A DNA stretch of 64,000 nt from positions 15,149-79,148 of the IMG/VR virus record IMGVR_UViG_3300028586_000020. One strand, written 5' to 3'. Source of the stretch: a virus. Taxonomy: Duplodnaviria > Caudoviricetes. Shown in pieces: positions 18,264-27,527 of the stretch. Each line of letters opens with the position of its first letter. Within the stretch, counting starts at the first letter, position 1. The position numbers were made by a program, and so were the translations under genes. The notes below the pieces were generated by a model. That model ran no database searches. It worked only from the letters and a program-made list of their open reading frames with translations, and was not told the origin of the DNA.

Positions 18264-18425
18264 GGTCGTGATCTTTTCACAAAAAAGTTGGCAAACTAGC
18301 AGAATGGACCGAGACCGGAATTGTCGGCATCGGAATTGTACACATAAAATTAAAACCAGAGTCATCATTATCTGGCCAAGGACATTTCAGCGTCCCATCA
18401 TTTCACAAGAAAACGGAGCATCTAC

Positions 18426-20000
18426 GTGAGCTTACTACCCGCTAACCTTCAAGCCGCTGCGTATATCAACCCTTCGATTCCCATCGGAGCGGGATTCGAT
18501 ATCCTGAACGGCACTTTGTACAGGGGGCTGCACCGTCAGTGGATTCTGTCGGGCGGTCTTTCCTACATCATGGGTATCGCTGCCAAAGGCAACGTCGGTA
18601 AATCGACACTGGCTGAATGGATGATTTACACCGCCATGGGGCGTGTGACGCCATGGGATTTCGAAAAGCCCAGCGTCGGGATCTTCTACGATACCGAAAT
18701 TAACAAGAACGAACCACGCATGACGGCGCTACAACTGGCCATCAAAGTGCTGTGCAACCGTGATCTGTTCTCGGCGGCGCGCTTTACGCTGACCAACAAA
18801 GTGCAATACAGCGGTAACAAGTTCTTTGACATGATCAAAGACTGGCTCGACGGCAAACGCAAAGACCGCAAGAACGCTTACGATACGCCGTTCGCTGACC
18901 GCGGCGGCAAGACGTTCTTCCGTAGTTTCGTACCAACGTTCACCGCCGTCGACTCGTTGTCGGAATTCGATACCGACGATATCGACAAAGTACGGGACAA
19001 AACTGAACTCGGTACCGGCGACCAGAACATCCTAAACATGCGGGCTGGTCTGGTCAAAGCCAACTTCCTGACCGAACTGCCGCGCGTCACTATCCAAGCC
19101 AACAACTACACGGTGCTGGTGGCACAGATGGGCAAGAATATGGACGTGGGCGCATCGCCACATGCTCCGAAACCACAGCAATTGAAGAACCTGCCGTCGT
19201 CCGAAGCGATCAAGGGCGCCACGGCCAAATTCACTTACGCCACCCATGATTGCTGGTGGATCGAATCGTCTGCTGCGGAGTGGGACGATGAAATGAAACC
19301 CGAATACCCAATCGAACCGGGTATCGCGCGTATCAAAGATCCAGACCTGCAAAAGACCAAGCTCAAACAGCTGCGTTCCAAAGGCGGACCATCGGGCGTG
19401 TTCCATGAAATCCTGGTGTCGCAAGCCACGGGTATTCTGCCAGAGTTGACCGAATTCCACTACCTGCGTAACCGCAAGAGTTGGGGTATGGAAGTATCGG
19501 GCTCGGGCGGTGCCTTCAAAGCCCTGATGCTGTATCCAGATGTGAAAGTTACCCGCAACACGGTCCGTATGACGATCGATAGCGATCCGCTGTTCTGCCG
19601 TGCTCTGAACTTCACGATGGAAATGAAGCAGATGGAAGAACATTGGCCATGGGTGGTCGACGAAGGTTGGTTTGTGGACCCGGACGAACTCTATCGTGGT
19701 TTGGTGGCGCGCGGCTACGACTGGAAGGTGCTGCTCAATACCCGCGGTTACTGGTGTCTCGGCGAAGGCCCATGTCCAGAACTGTCGACGATGGACCTGT
19801 GGCGCCTCTATCACGGCGCCTACCATCCTTACTGGTACGACAAGCTCGTCGGTAAGGAAGCTGCGGCCAAGGTCAACAAGGGCCCATACGAGGCCGTGTT
19901 GGCGAAGATGGAGTACGGTCCCCTCTGGAGCGATCTGCAAGAAGCCAAAGATATCTACGGCTTTGCCAAACCCCTGCCGCCTGAACTGAAAGCGGCATGA
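18426..20000 (+). CDS. uvsX: UvsX/RecA-like recombinase (phiKZ gp152-like)
   Basis: Walker A AAKGNVGKST, FYDTE, Walker B-like TAVDSLS; GTG start after GGAG RBS. Confidence 0.88.
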   Translation: MSLLPANLQAAAYINPSIPIGAGFDILNGTLYRGLHRQWILSGGLSYIMGIAAKGNVGKSTLAEWMIYTAMGRVTPWDFEKPSVGIFYDTEINKNEPRMTALQLAIKVLCNRDLFSAARFTLTNKVQYSGNKFFDMIKDWLDGKRKDRKNAYDTPFADRGGKTFFRSFVPTFTAVDSLSEFDTDDIDKVRDKTELGTGDQNILNMRAGLVKANFLTELPRVTIQANNYTVLVAQMGKNMDVGASPHAPKPQQLKNLPSSEAIKGATAKFTYATHDCWWIESSAAEWDDEMKPEYPIEPGIARIKDPDLQKTKLKQLRSKGGPSGVFHEILVSQATGILPELTEFHYLRNRKSWGMEVSGSGGAFKALMLYPDVKVTRNTVRMTIDSDPLFCRALNFTMEMKQMEEHWPWVVDEGWFVDPDELYRGLVARGYDWKVLLNTRGYWCLGEGPCPELSTMDLWRLYHGAYHPYWYDKLVGKEAAAKVNKGPYEAVLAKMEYGPLWSDLQEAKDIYGFAKPLPPELKAA

Positions 20001-20203
20001 GCGTTAAAGAAGTAGATGGCCTTCACCCTCACATTGTTGTGGTGGCGGTGAAGGCCGTGGTTGATCCGGTCAATGGTAAAAAGATAGAAGGTTATTCCTT
20101 TACCGTTTACGATATGCGTGTTCGTCCTGATTGGGTCGACCTGACTACTCGTCGTTATGTCCGTCAACTCGAACATTACCTCAAAACTGGAAGAATCGAA
20201 TGA
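19997..20203 (+). CDS. Hypothetical protein (68 aa)
   Basis: ATGA overlap with the uvsX stop codon. Confidence 0.6.
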   Translation: MSVKEVDGLHPHIVVVAVKAVVDPVNGKKIEGYSFTVYDMRVRPDWVDLTTRRYVRQLEHYLKTGRIE

Positions 20204-20254
20204 GTCCTGAAGACGAAATGCACCTGGACGACAATCCCACCAAATACAACTAAC

Positions 20255-20530
20255 ATGATCGAATACAGCCCAGAACTCAAAGCCGTATTAAGTACCGAGG
20301 TCCCGGAACCGATTCTGTTCCCGTTCGAGTCGTTGATTCGCCACAAGAAGACAGGCGGGGTGTACGAGGTCAGGATCACTCCGGACGTCGGTCGCTTGGA
20401 AGCCACTAACACACCTGCTTACGCCTACCGTAGTTTGGACAGTGGACTCGTGTGGTTCCGTTCTCAAGAAGAAATCGAAGACGGTCGTTTCGAACTTACT
20501 CTCCGTCCAGTTACTGCGCTCGGACAATAA
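20255..20530 (+). CDS. DUF1653-like SH3-fold protein
   Basis: IRHKKTGGVYEV...EATNTPAYAYRSLDSGLVWFRSQEEIEDGRF matches the DUF1653 pattern (RHyKGg.Y.V...vvY.......wvRp..eF.dgrF). Confidence 0.7.
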   Translation: MIEYSPELKAVLSTEVPEPILFPFESLIRHKKTGGVYEVRITPDVGRLEATNTPAYAYRSLDSGLVWFRSQEEIEDGRFELTLRPVTALGQ

Positions 20531-20590
20531 ACTTTCTCCTATTTCTTGTCAGAAATAGATTTCTTGTTGTTATTTTTTTGGTAATTAATT

Positions 20591-21076
20591 ATGTCGAATA
20601 TGGATACTGTAGAAGAAGGAATGCCGTCGAACAATGACATCACCGACGTGGAGTTCCGCGAAGTTCCTACAGAACCGGTCGCGGAAGATCAACCGCTGTC
20701 GTTGGCGGAAACCATTACGATGATGATGGAAGAAGCAGGGGTTGTTGATCCGATGTACTGGATGCGTGGTCTGAACCGCGAAGCATTGCTCTCGCCCGAT
20801 CTGAACGTTCAGCGCTACCTCATCAATCGTCACTGGCGCGGTCTGTTAACCCAAGGCTTGACTGTCGATCAAATCAAGCAAACCATCAATGCGCGCGGTT
20901 GCCTGCAAGATGGTCGCTGGGAACTGACGGACTGGATCTCCCACTTCAAGAAAGATGTCCTTCCATGCGCGATCAAAATCGGGGTGCTGACCACCCATCC
21001 GAGCGAACCAGCTCCGGAAGAATCGACAAAGAGCGACTCAGCGAATTCCGATACCGCGTCGTCGTCTTCGGTTTAA
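20591..21076 (+). CDS. Hypothetical protein
   Basis: 161-aa ORF with acidic N-terminus and Ser-rich C-terminal tail. Confidence 0.65.
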   Translation: MSNMDTVEEGMPSNNDITDVEFREVPTEPVAEDQPLSLAETITMMMEEAGVVDPMYWMRGLNREALLSPDLNVQRYLINRHWRGLLTQGLTVDQIKQTINARGCLQDGRWELTDWISHFKKDVLPCAIKIGVLTTHPSEPAPEESTKSDSANSDTASSSSV

Positions 21077-21519
21077 CCACCTTAACAGACAAAGCCCTGT
21101 TTCACCAATGCATGTTGAAGTTTCTGAAAGAGAGCCAACTCAATCGGATACAAGACAAGCCACACCTGGTCTTTCTGACAGGACGTGGTAAAGCAGGGGT
21201 TGATGCATTGTTGTATAACTGGGTTCAAGAACACGGTTACCATTGGGCAGAATTCTATCCCAATTGGAACGACGTCGAAGTTGAAGGCGCCATCGTGAAG
21301 TACCGCGATGGCAAACCTTACAACTGTATCGCTGGGTTTTGGCGCGATGAAGAAATGGCAGAAGTGTGTACTCATGGAGTTACTTTCTATGACGGGGTGC
21401 AATCAAGCACCCGTGACATGATCGATCGTGTAACTGGGGGTGGTAATCCCTGCGCGATCTATCTTGTCACCGTAGACAAGGATGAGGACACACATGCCAA
21501 AGAACAGGCGCGCCGCTGA
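20965..21519 (+). CDS. DUF2493/YspA-like SLOG-family protein (start uncertain, overlaps upstream gene)
   Basis: YRVVVFG..TDKALF; FYPNW...AGFWRDEEMAE..THGVTFYDGVQSSTRDMI matches the DUF2493 pattern (aG..RN.eMa...F.dG.S.GT..MI). Confidence 0.65.
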   Translation: MRDQNRGADHPSERTSSGRIDKERLSEFRYRVVVFGLTTLTDKALFHQCMLKFLKESQLNRIQDKPHLVFLTGRGKAGVDALLYNWVQEHGYHWAEFYPNWNDVEVEGAIVKYRDGKPYNCIAGFWRDEEMAEVCTHGVTFYDGVQSSTRDMIDRVTGGGNPCAIYLVTVDKDEDTHAKEQARR

Positions 21520-22168
21520 GGCAGTAATCTTAAAACGCATCGAACAAATGAGTCCTGGCGGTCCCACGCCAGAGATCTATCGCAAGATGTTTGCGAAGAT
21601 GGATGACGCCGCGTTCGATGCGTTCATGGCAACACTGAAACACCGTCAGGGACGTTTGGCGATTATCGAGTCGAACATGTCTGCCACCAAGCTCACCATC
21701 GAAAATGCGTTAGCGGTGGCCAAAGACATGAACCACGATTTCTATCAACGCATTTGGATCAATCCGAATGATGGTAAATCGCCAGCGTTCCTGACCAACA
21801 AAGCATACCTAGTGCTTGACTTGCCCTACCGCCGCCAAGCACAGCTGTTGGAAAAGAAAGCCCGTATTCCGAAACACAACCGCTCGGTCGATGAGTTAAC
21901 AGGCCAAGCAGCTGGTGATTCGAAAGGCAGTAAACTGTCGTCCCCTGAAATCCAAGTGCTCGCTGCACTGGACTTACCGAACATGATTACGGAACAGATC
22001 AAGTTCCGTGGTGGTGACGTCAAAGGGTTTGATGCCATGAACAACATGATCGACAAAACCGGGTCAGTGTCGATGGAAGCGATCAACCATTTGGCAGGTG
22101 GCGTGGAGTCCACGCGAACATTGTCGACGTATTTGACGGCAATGCACTTGTCGAATTCTTTGGTTTGA
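21494..22168 (+). CDS. rpoB: Virion RNA polymerase beta subunit, C-terminal fragment (phiKZ gp149-like)
   Basis: SVDELTGQAAGDSKGSKLSSPEIQVLAALDLPNMITEQIKFRGGD aligns by eye to bacterial beta YSLVTQQPLGG...RFGEMEVWALEAYGA..TLQEMLTVKSDD. GAGGA RBS. Confidence 0.8.
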   Translation: MPKNRRAAEAVILKRIEQMSPGGPTPEIYRKMFAKMDDAAFDAFMATLKHRQGRLAIIESNMSATKLTIENALAVAKDMNHDFYQRIWINPNDGKSPAFLTNKAYLVLDLPYRRQAQLLEKKARIPKHNRSVDELTGQAAGDSKGSKLSSPEIQVLAALDLPNMITEQIKFRGGDVKGFDAMNNMIDKTGSVSMEAINHLAGGVESTRTLSTYLTAMHLSNSLV

Positions 22169-22175
22169 CCTTTTT

Positions 22176-22751
22176 ATGTCGGAAGTTAAGAAATCAATAA
22201 TGAATAACCCGATCAGTCCGGTTGACGGCAATGGATACGACCTGTCCAAAATCCGTTCTTGCTTTGTCCAGTCCGTTTACCAAACGCTCAACAATTTGTC
22301 CCGTGCGGACAATATTGCGGTGCGCAGTCAACTGATTGCGATTATCGGCGAGGTCACTGTTCCATACATGTTTTCGCAAGACTTTATCGTGGACTTGCGG
22401 GACAGGGTCTTTAATGACGAAGTCTTCCGTGACTGGACGCTTAACACACGCTTTGTGTTCTTCATGAACTTGGCGTGTTTATACGGTCGTGAAATGGTCA
22501 GTTTCATTGTCGAGAACTTGGCCCGTAGCGCTTCGTTGGATTTGGGCGCGAACGAGTTTCTCGACGCAGAAGAACAAGCTGCCGCTACAAACATCATCGA
22601 AGTGCCTGAACAGGTACAAGAAGAACTGCTGGTCTACCGTCCTGCAAAGACGCTGTTGGCTGGCAATACCTGGATGGTGGTCATCATGTTGGCAATAGCC
22701 TTCATGGACCTCGAACATGAAGTATTTAACATGTCATCCAATGAACAATAA
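22176..22751 (+). CDS. Conserved hypothetical / structural protein
   Basis: 191-aa ORF in the operon after the beta-C gene; hydrophobic C-terminal helix. Confidence 0.6.
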   Translation: MSEVKKSIMNNPISPVDGNGYDLSKIRSCFVQSVYQTLNNLSRADNIAVRSQLIAIIGEVTVPYMFSQDFIVDLRDRVFNDEVFRDWTLNTRFVFFMNLACLYGREMVSFIVENLARSASLDLGANEFLDAEEQAAATNIIEVPEQVQEELLVYRPAKTLLAGNTWMVVIMLAIAFMDLEHEVFNMSSNEQ

Positions 22752-22796
22752 AAAAGCAGTTCCCAAAAGACTAGAGACTGAAAGAAGACACGCGCC

Positions 22797-23540
22797 ATGA
22801 GTGCAGTGCCAACACCACCGCTGTCGAGCATTCTCATCTCTTTGGATGTGTTACTCGACACGCGAGCTGGTACCTTAGCGAAAATGCTAGGCCCAGAGAA
22901 AGTAGTTGAAGTATTGAAAGGGAACTATCACAACCGCAAGGATGATAAATTCCCGATGGTTGACGTGGACGCCTATAACGCCATGTATGCACGTCGCGAT
23001 GAAGAGACGCTTTCATTATCATACTTGACTAACGTCGAGGGATTTCTGCGTGAACTCGTTCATACGCTGATCAAGCAAGCACTTGTTAGGCCGTTCCATC
23101 AAGGTGTGCGTGTTGTTGTCAATACGTATCCGTACCAGTTGTCTGACGAAGTTACCCAGCAGATATTGGGAGCTGTAGTCGCTAAGTTACTAGCCGACAT
23201 TGAGGTCGATTTACCTCTGCGAGTCGAAGCCGAACACTTACCCGATGAGATGCTCAATCCAGAGTACTGCAAGCAAACTTACGCAGCCATGCTGATGTAT
23301 GATTACGAGTCCTGGTTATCGATGCACCAGCTCGCGCTTATCAAACGACCGATGCCCGAGGTCACCCTTTTTGCGCCAGCGATCTTTTTTGCTCAGACGC
23401 CTACAGACGAAGAAATACAAGCCGCATTTACTGAATTCCAGATGCACCCATTTGAAGTCCTAAAAAAATCCGTACAAGGCGGTATTGATCTTCAACTCTT
23501 GCCCATTGAGCTATTTAGCATTGTTAAACCAGACAAATGA
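22797..23540 (+). CDS. Conserved hypothetical protein with degenerate HAD-like motif I
   Basis: ILISLDVLLDTRAGTL resembles hhhDxDxxxxDT with the first Asp replaced. Confidence 0.55.
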   Translation: MSAVPTPPLSSILISLDVLLDTRAGTLAKMLGPEKVVEVLKGNYHNRKDDKFPMVDVDAYNAMYARRDEETLSLSYLTNVEGFLRELVHTLIKQALVRPFHQGVRVVVNTYPYQLSDEVTQQILGAVVAKLLADIEVDLPLRVEAEHLPDEMLNPEYCKQTYAAMLMYDYESWLSMHQLALIKRPMPEVTLFAPAIFFAQTPTDEEIQAAFTEFQMHPFEVLKKSVQGGIDLQLLPIELFSIVKPDK

Positions 23541-23551
23541 CGACACACACC

Positions 23552-23581
23552 CCGCTACCCGCTCGCAAGAGCAGGTAGCGG
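23552..23581. terminator. Hairpin between convergent genes
   Basis: CCGCTACC-C-GCTC-GCAA-GAGC-A-GGTAGCGG. Confidence 0.7.
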
Positions 23582-23595
23582 AGTAGAGTAAGTAG

Positions 23596-24126
23596 TTACG
23601 GTTGCGCGTCCTTGGCGAAGCCGTCGTATGACAGATGTGTGGTGCCCATATCGGTTTCCCCTGGTACCAGATTCGGCGCACCGACATCGTCACCCAGGCT
23701 TGGGGGTTTGCGATTCGGGTCCATGTCTTGGGGATCGATCTGGAATGTTTTGGCACTGATCGCGCGCAGAATCGCTGCGCTGTCACGCTGGGACTCTTCC
23801 GCTGTTTTAGCCGACGCTTCTTCGATGCCGACCCGGCGCCGGTTGACCGTGGTCTTGTCCATGTCACTGGCCGCTTTCAACAGCGAGTTCACCAGTTCCG
23901 AATCCACACCTTGCTTTAATGCGTTGTTAATCACACGGATCGCGCCGACACGCAGTTTTTGCGTATAGGTGGCCACGCTATCCATGTCCAGCACATCGTC
24001 TGGTCCTTGGAGGTTATCTGCTGGTCCCTGCATCACGATAGGACCTTCCGTAACGGCCGCAACCGCTTTGGTGACACCGGGGAATTCTTCCTCGACGCCA
24101 TCATGTTCATCAGTATGTTCACCCAT
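23596..24126 (-). CDS. Conserved hypothetical protein
   Basis: 176-aa ORF with GAGGA RBS. Confidence 0.65.
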   Translation of the reverse strand: MGEHTDEHDGVEEEFPGVTKAVAAVTEGPIVMQGPADNLQGPDDVLDMDSVATYTQKLRVGAIRVINNALKQGVDSELVNSLLKAASDMDKTTVNRRRVGIEEASAKTAEESQRDSAAILRAISAKTFQIDPQDMDPNRKPPSLGDDVGAPNLVPGETDMGTTHLSYDGFAKDAQP

Positions 24127-24165
24127 GGGAGTATCCTCGTTAAGTTCAAATAATCAATTCTTCGC

Positions 24166-24189
24166 TAATAAATCTCAAACCTATATCAT
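24166..24189 (+). promoter_or_regulatory. Putative early (virion RNAP) promoter, CTATATCAT
   Basis: TAATAAATCTCAAAC-CTATATCAT; the same motif recurs at 46289-46312 and 62277-62300, each upstream of a + strand gene. Similar to the phiKZ early consensus TATATTAC. Confidence 0.55.
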
Positions 24190-24228
24190 TAAAATGTAGT
24201 ACCCATTCATTCTACAAGGAGGAAGTCA

Positions 24229-24756
24229 ATGTTAGAAAAGCTTTGGCAGGGTGTCAAGGCAATGCTGATGGGAACAACCACCCTAGAACCTACGGAAGAA
24301 GTGGATATGTCCACGCTTTCGATTCTGGAGCGTTGTGCATTGGTGTATGAGCAACTGGACACCAAGCCGTTCTTGTCTTACCGTCAAACCGATGGTAACG
24401 GCAAAGTCGTCTCGGTCGTGCACGAGAATATCGAAGTGTGTCTTGAAGACTTGAGTCACTATATCCAGCGTTTGGAGACGAGTAAGTTTGTTCCCCAAAG
24501 CCGAGACTTCGAACGCATCGTCAAACCCTTTAACCGCTTCTTCATCACCAAAGAAGGCTGTTACTTAGAATCGATCGGCATCACCATCAACGATCTGCGC
24601 ACCGTCGTGCTGGACCTGTGCTCGGCTGTAAACAAAACCAAGGAGAGTGACTACTACAGCTACAACCTGCGCATGCTCAACGCGCTTCTCTTTACTCTGT
24701 ACGATTTGGGTTATCGGCTAACCGATATCGCCAACGAAATCAAACAGCGTTCTTAA
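24229..24756 (+). CDS. Conserved hypothetical protein
   Basis: 175-aa ORF with AGGAGG RBS. Confidence 0.7.
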   Translation: MLEKLWQGVKAMLMGTTTLEPTEEVDMSTLSILERCALVYEQLDTKPFLSYRQTDGNGKVVSVVHENIEVCLEDLSHYIQRLETSKFVPQSRDFERIVKPFNRFFITKEGCYLESIGITINDLRTVVLDLCSAVNKTKESDYYSYNLRMLNALLFTLYDLGYRLTDIANEIKQRS

Positions 24757-24831
24757 TCCTTTTTATTCTATCTTTCTTTTATCTTTTTCTCTTGCAGCAT
24801 TTCTTCGTTTTATTTCACTTGAGGTACGATT

Positions 24832-25377
24832 ATGGCTGAACGTAAACAGCGTCCCATCCAGCAAATCATGGACGACCCAAACAAAGGGGTCACCAAAACC
24901 TACGGATCGTGGGGTTTGTTGTCCAAGCTGTGGCGGATTATTTTGCGGGATAACCACATGAATGGTTATCGTTTTAATGTGTTGATGGATCGCTTTTTGA
25001 AAGATCCGCGCAACAAACCCAAGAAAGACGCCAGCGGCGAACATTTCGATAACCGCGGCAATCTGAACAAAGAGTTCTCGAATCCAACGATGAGCTGGAA
25101 AGTCTTTGTGAAGTGTTTGCATTTCATGGGCTTTTCTGAAGTACGTGTGACAGTCGAATGCCGTCATGAAGATGGTCACATCTCGACGCACCGCACCATG
25201 GTCAATCTGAAGGACAACCTTCTGTTGAACGATCCGCGCTTTGTGCCAGAAGAACTGGAAGAACAAGTCAGTGCGCGTGAGAACGATCCAGAAGCAGAAA
25301 ACATGCCGGTGCCAGATGATCAAGAACCCATCATCTTCTTGGACCCCTATCCTGACGAAAACGATAAGGCTGCCTAA
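24832..25377 (+). CDS. Conserved hypothetical protein
   Basis: 181-aa ORF with GAGG RBS and an acidic C-terminal tail. Confidence 0.7.
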   Translation: MAERKQRPIQQIMDDPNKGVTKTYGSWGLLSKLWRIILRDNHMNGYRFNVLMDRFLKDPRNKPKKDASGEHFDNRGNLNKEFSNPTMSWKVFVKCLHFMGFSEVRVTVECRHEDGHISTHRTMVNLKDNLLLNDPRFVPEELEEQVSARENDPEAENMPVPDDQEPIIFLDPYPDENDKAA

Positions 25378-25380
25378 TTA

Positions 25381-25977
25381 ATGACTTGTCTCTCATTGGC
25401 TTCGATGATGAATAAACCATTTCTCGACAATCTGCCGGTGCCCGACCCGCGCTTAGATAGTCACGAACACATCAACGTACACTACAACGATGCTGTGACT
25501 GCGCTCGGGCGCCAACTCTCCACTTACTACGTGCAGGCTTTCAAACACCCTTACTTTGGACCGTTTCGCTGTGTCGAGGGTTTTATGCGCTATGTGCGCA
25601 CGGGCTGCCGCGATGACGCCTTTCGCGGTTTAACAGGCTCGCAAGCAAAGAGCTATTTCTATCAACAAATCAAAGCAAAGAAACTCATCACGTACGAGAT
25701 TGAGGATGAAGAAAAGGTCTTGATGTTGGCCATGCATGCACGTTTGATCCAACATCCTGTGACAGCAGAACTTTTCGTGAACTCCACCTTGCCGTTTGAG
25801 AACTACTTCCTCTGGGCTGAAGACAAGAAGGTGCCGCGTGAAGAACGCGTTCCTGCCCGCCCAGAAGAATCGGCTATGGTGATTCATTCCTTAACCACAC
25901 TGCGCGAATACATGCAAGCAGGCGAGACGCCTGAACCGCTGAGTCGCGCAGCGTACGCCAAACTGCGTAAGACCTAA
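25381..25977 (+). CDS. NADAR-superfamily (T4 gp30.3-like) protein
   Basis: HINVH...TALGRQLSTYY..AFKHPYFGPFRCVEGFMRY..TG..DDAFRGLTGSQAK resembles the T4 30.3/NADAR pattern. Confidence 0.6.
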   Translation: MTCLSLASMMNKPFLDNLPVPDPRLDSHEHINVHYNDAVTALGRQLSTYYVQAFKHPYFGPFRCVEGFMRYVRTGCRDDAFRGLTGSQAKSYFYQQIKAKKLITYEIEDEEKVLMLAMHARLIQHPVTAELFVNSTLPFENYFLWAEDKKVPREERVPARPEESAMVIHSLTTLREYMQAGETPEPLSRAAYAKLRKT

Positions 25978-25991
25978 TTACCAGTTCGGCA

Positions 25992-26021
25992 GAGCACTCC
26001 TTCGGGGGTGCTCTTTTTTTT
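25992..26021 (+). terminator. Rho-independent terminator
   Basis: GAGCACTCC-TTCG-GGGGTGCTC followed by a T-run. Confidence 0.88.
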
Positions 26022-26036
26022 GTTTAAAGGTACGCC

Positions 26037-27470
26037 ATGATTACCAATCGCGCTCTTGCTCGTACGACCTTTGCAGCACCGCCAGAGGAAGATCTGGCCG
26101 CACCAGACGTTTACGAGATCAAGACTGACGCCGTCATTAACAAACTACCCTTACCCGTTCCTCTGTTAAGTGCAGAAAGCTTGACCAATGAATTCCGGGG
26201 CGGTAAATCCATGTTGGGGGATATCCCTGGTTTAGATGCCTTGAAGTTGACGGTATCAGGCGGCGCCGGTTCCCTCAAAGAGGCTGCTGGTAAGGCCACC
26301 GGCTTCTTAGATAGCGTCAAGCAAATTGGCTCGACCATGTCGAAAGCGGCGGGTGGTATCGCAGGCATCAAAGCCAGTGTCCAAGGTGTTAAAGCACTTG
26401 CCAACATGAGTGGTCCAGACTTAATGTCGCGCCTGGCCACGGGTAACTTAAACGGCGTTCCAGGTTTACAGAACACCAACCTCGGCGCTTTGTCTTCGAC
26501 ACTTATCAGTAGTGTTGTACCCAAAGAAGTCAAGCAGCTGTTTAATACACCGATCCCTGCGGTACTGGGTTCGTACAGCACAGTCGGTAATACCTTGACC
26601 CGGATTGCAGCGGGTAAAACGAATGACTCTTACCAGATGAGTTCGTTGATTAACAACGTGATGGGCAATAACTCCGTCGGCATCATCGACAAAGACAGCA
26701 CAGCGCGGTTAATCACGGGGCTGGCCATGGGCGGTGCCAGCAGTGGTGTGAACAATGCGTTTAGCTCTTTGTTACCATTGGCAGGGGGCGACAAGCAGAT
26801 CCAGATCTCGGCAGCCATGTCGGCGTTGACCTATAGCGCGACCTCGGGCAACATCCATTCCATGAAAGACGTGGTAAAGTCCGTGGGTGCCAACAACCTC
26901 ACCGCACTTGCCACTTCGACGATTCGCAGCATCGCTAACGGTTACAATCCTACCGCTGAGCGCGTGATCTCGAATATGGAACGGCGCTCTGATTTTAATG
27001 CGATGGCTAGTACGTTCACCGAACTCGATCAGCAATGGTTAACATCGTACCGCATGAAACTTGACGATCTGTCGCAATTACCGATGCCTGATTTTAAAGT
27101 CACGGATATTTCCCTGGTGCGTGAGGGTACCGACGACTTCAAGAAAACCATGGTGTTGGGCGCGATCGCATCCGATGATTCGGAATACAAGTACTTGGCG
27201 TCAGTTGCCATGTTCCCGCCGATGAGTCCTGAAGAAGAACTACGAAAGAACTTTCCTTTTACGTTGACCTCGATCAGTAGCAACACCTTAGCCAGCAACA
27301 CGGTCGATACCACCAACACGGAAGAACATCGTCGTGCTCTGAAGAACGTAACGATTGATGGCAAGTATGGTGATATTCGTGACGATGTGCAAATCGATGG
27401 CGTGTCGGCCAATAGCAGATCCGATACTGCCGTTGTCAACCTTAGTAGTTGGTTAGGCTTTGGCGGCTAA
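26037..27470 (+). CDS. Virion structural (tail/baseplate-associated) protein
   Basis: 477-aa Gly/Ala/Ser-rich ORF next to the baseplate-hub and tape-measure genes. Confidence 0.6.
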   Translation: MITNRALARTTFAAPPEEDLAAPDVYEIKTDAVINKLPLPVPLLSAESLTNEFRGGKSMLGDIPGLDALKLTVSGGAGSLKEAAGKATGFLDSVKQIGSTMSKAAGGIAGIKASVQGVKALANMSGPDLMSRLATGNLNGVPGLQNTNLGALSSTLISSVVPKEVKQLFNTPIPAVLGSYSTVGNTLTRIAAGKTNDSYQMSSLINNVMGNNSVGIIDKDSTARLITGLAMGGASSGVNNAFSSLLPLAGGDKQIQISAAMSALTYSATSGNIHSMKDVVKSVGANNLTALATSTIRSIANGYNPTAERVISNMERRSDFNAMASTFTELDQQWLTSYRMKLDDLSQLPMPDFKVTDISLVREGTDDFKKTMVLGAIASDDSEYKYLASVAMFPPMSPEEELRKNFPFTLTSISSNTLASNTVDTTNTEEHRRALKNVTIDGKYGDIRDDVQIDGVSANSRSDTAVVNLSSWLGFGG

Positions 27471-27471
27471 A

Positions 27472-27525
27472 CATAGCCTCCCTCTACCCTACGGGGTAGA
27501 GGGAGGTATGCCGTCTTTTTTTTTT
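27472..27525. terminator. Bidirectional hairpin with CATAG/TATG flanks and + strand T-run
   Basis: The 28-nt core is identical to 5806-5833; lies between convergent genes. Confidence 0.85.
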
Positions 27526-27527
27526 CG

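Noticed and set aside
20200-20253. 17-codon mini-ORF overlapping the previous stop, possibly a frameshifted N-terminus of the DUF1653 gene
   Set aside because: The DUF1653-like domain is complete from ATG 20255, and there is no slippery site or other support.
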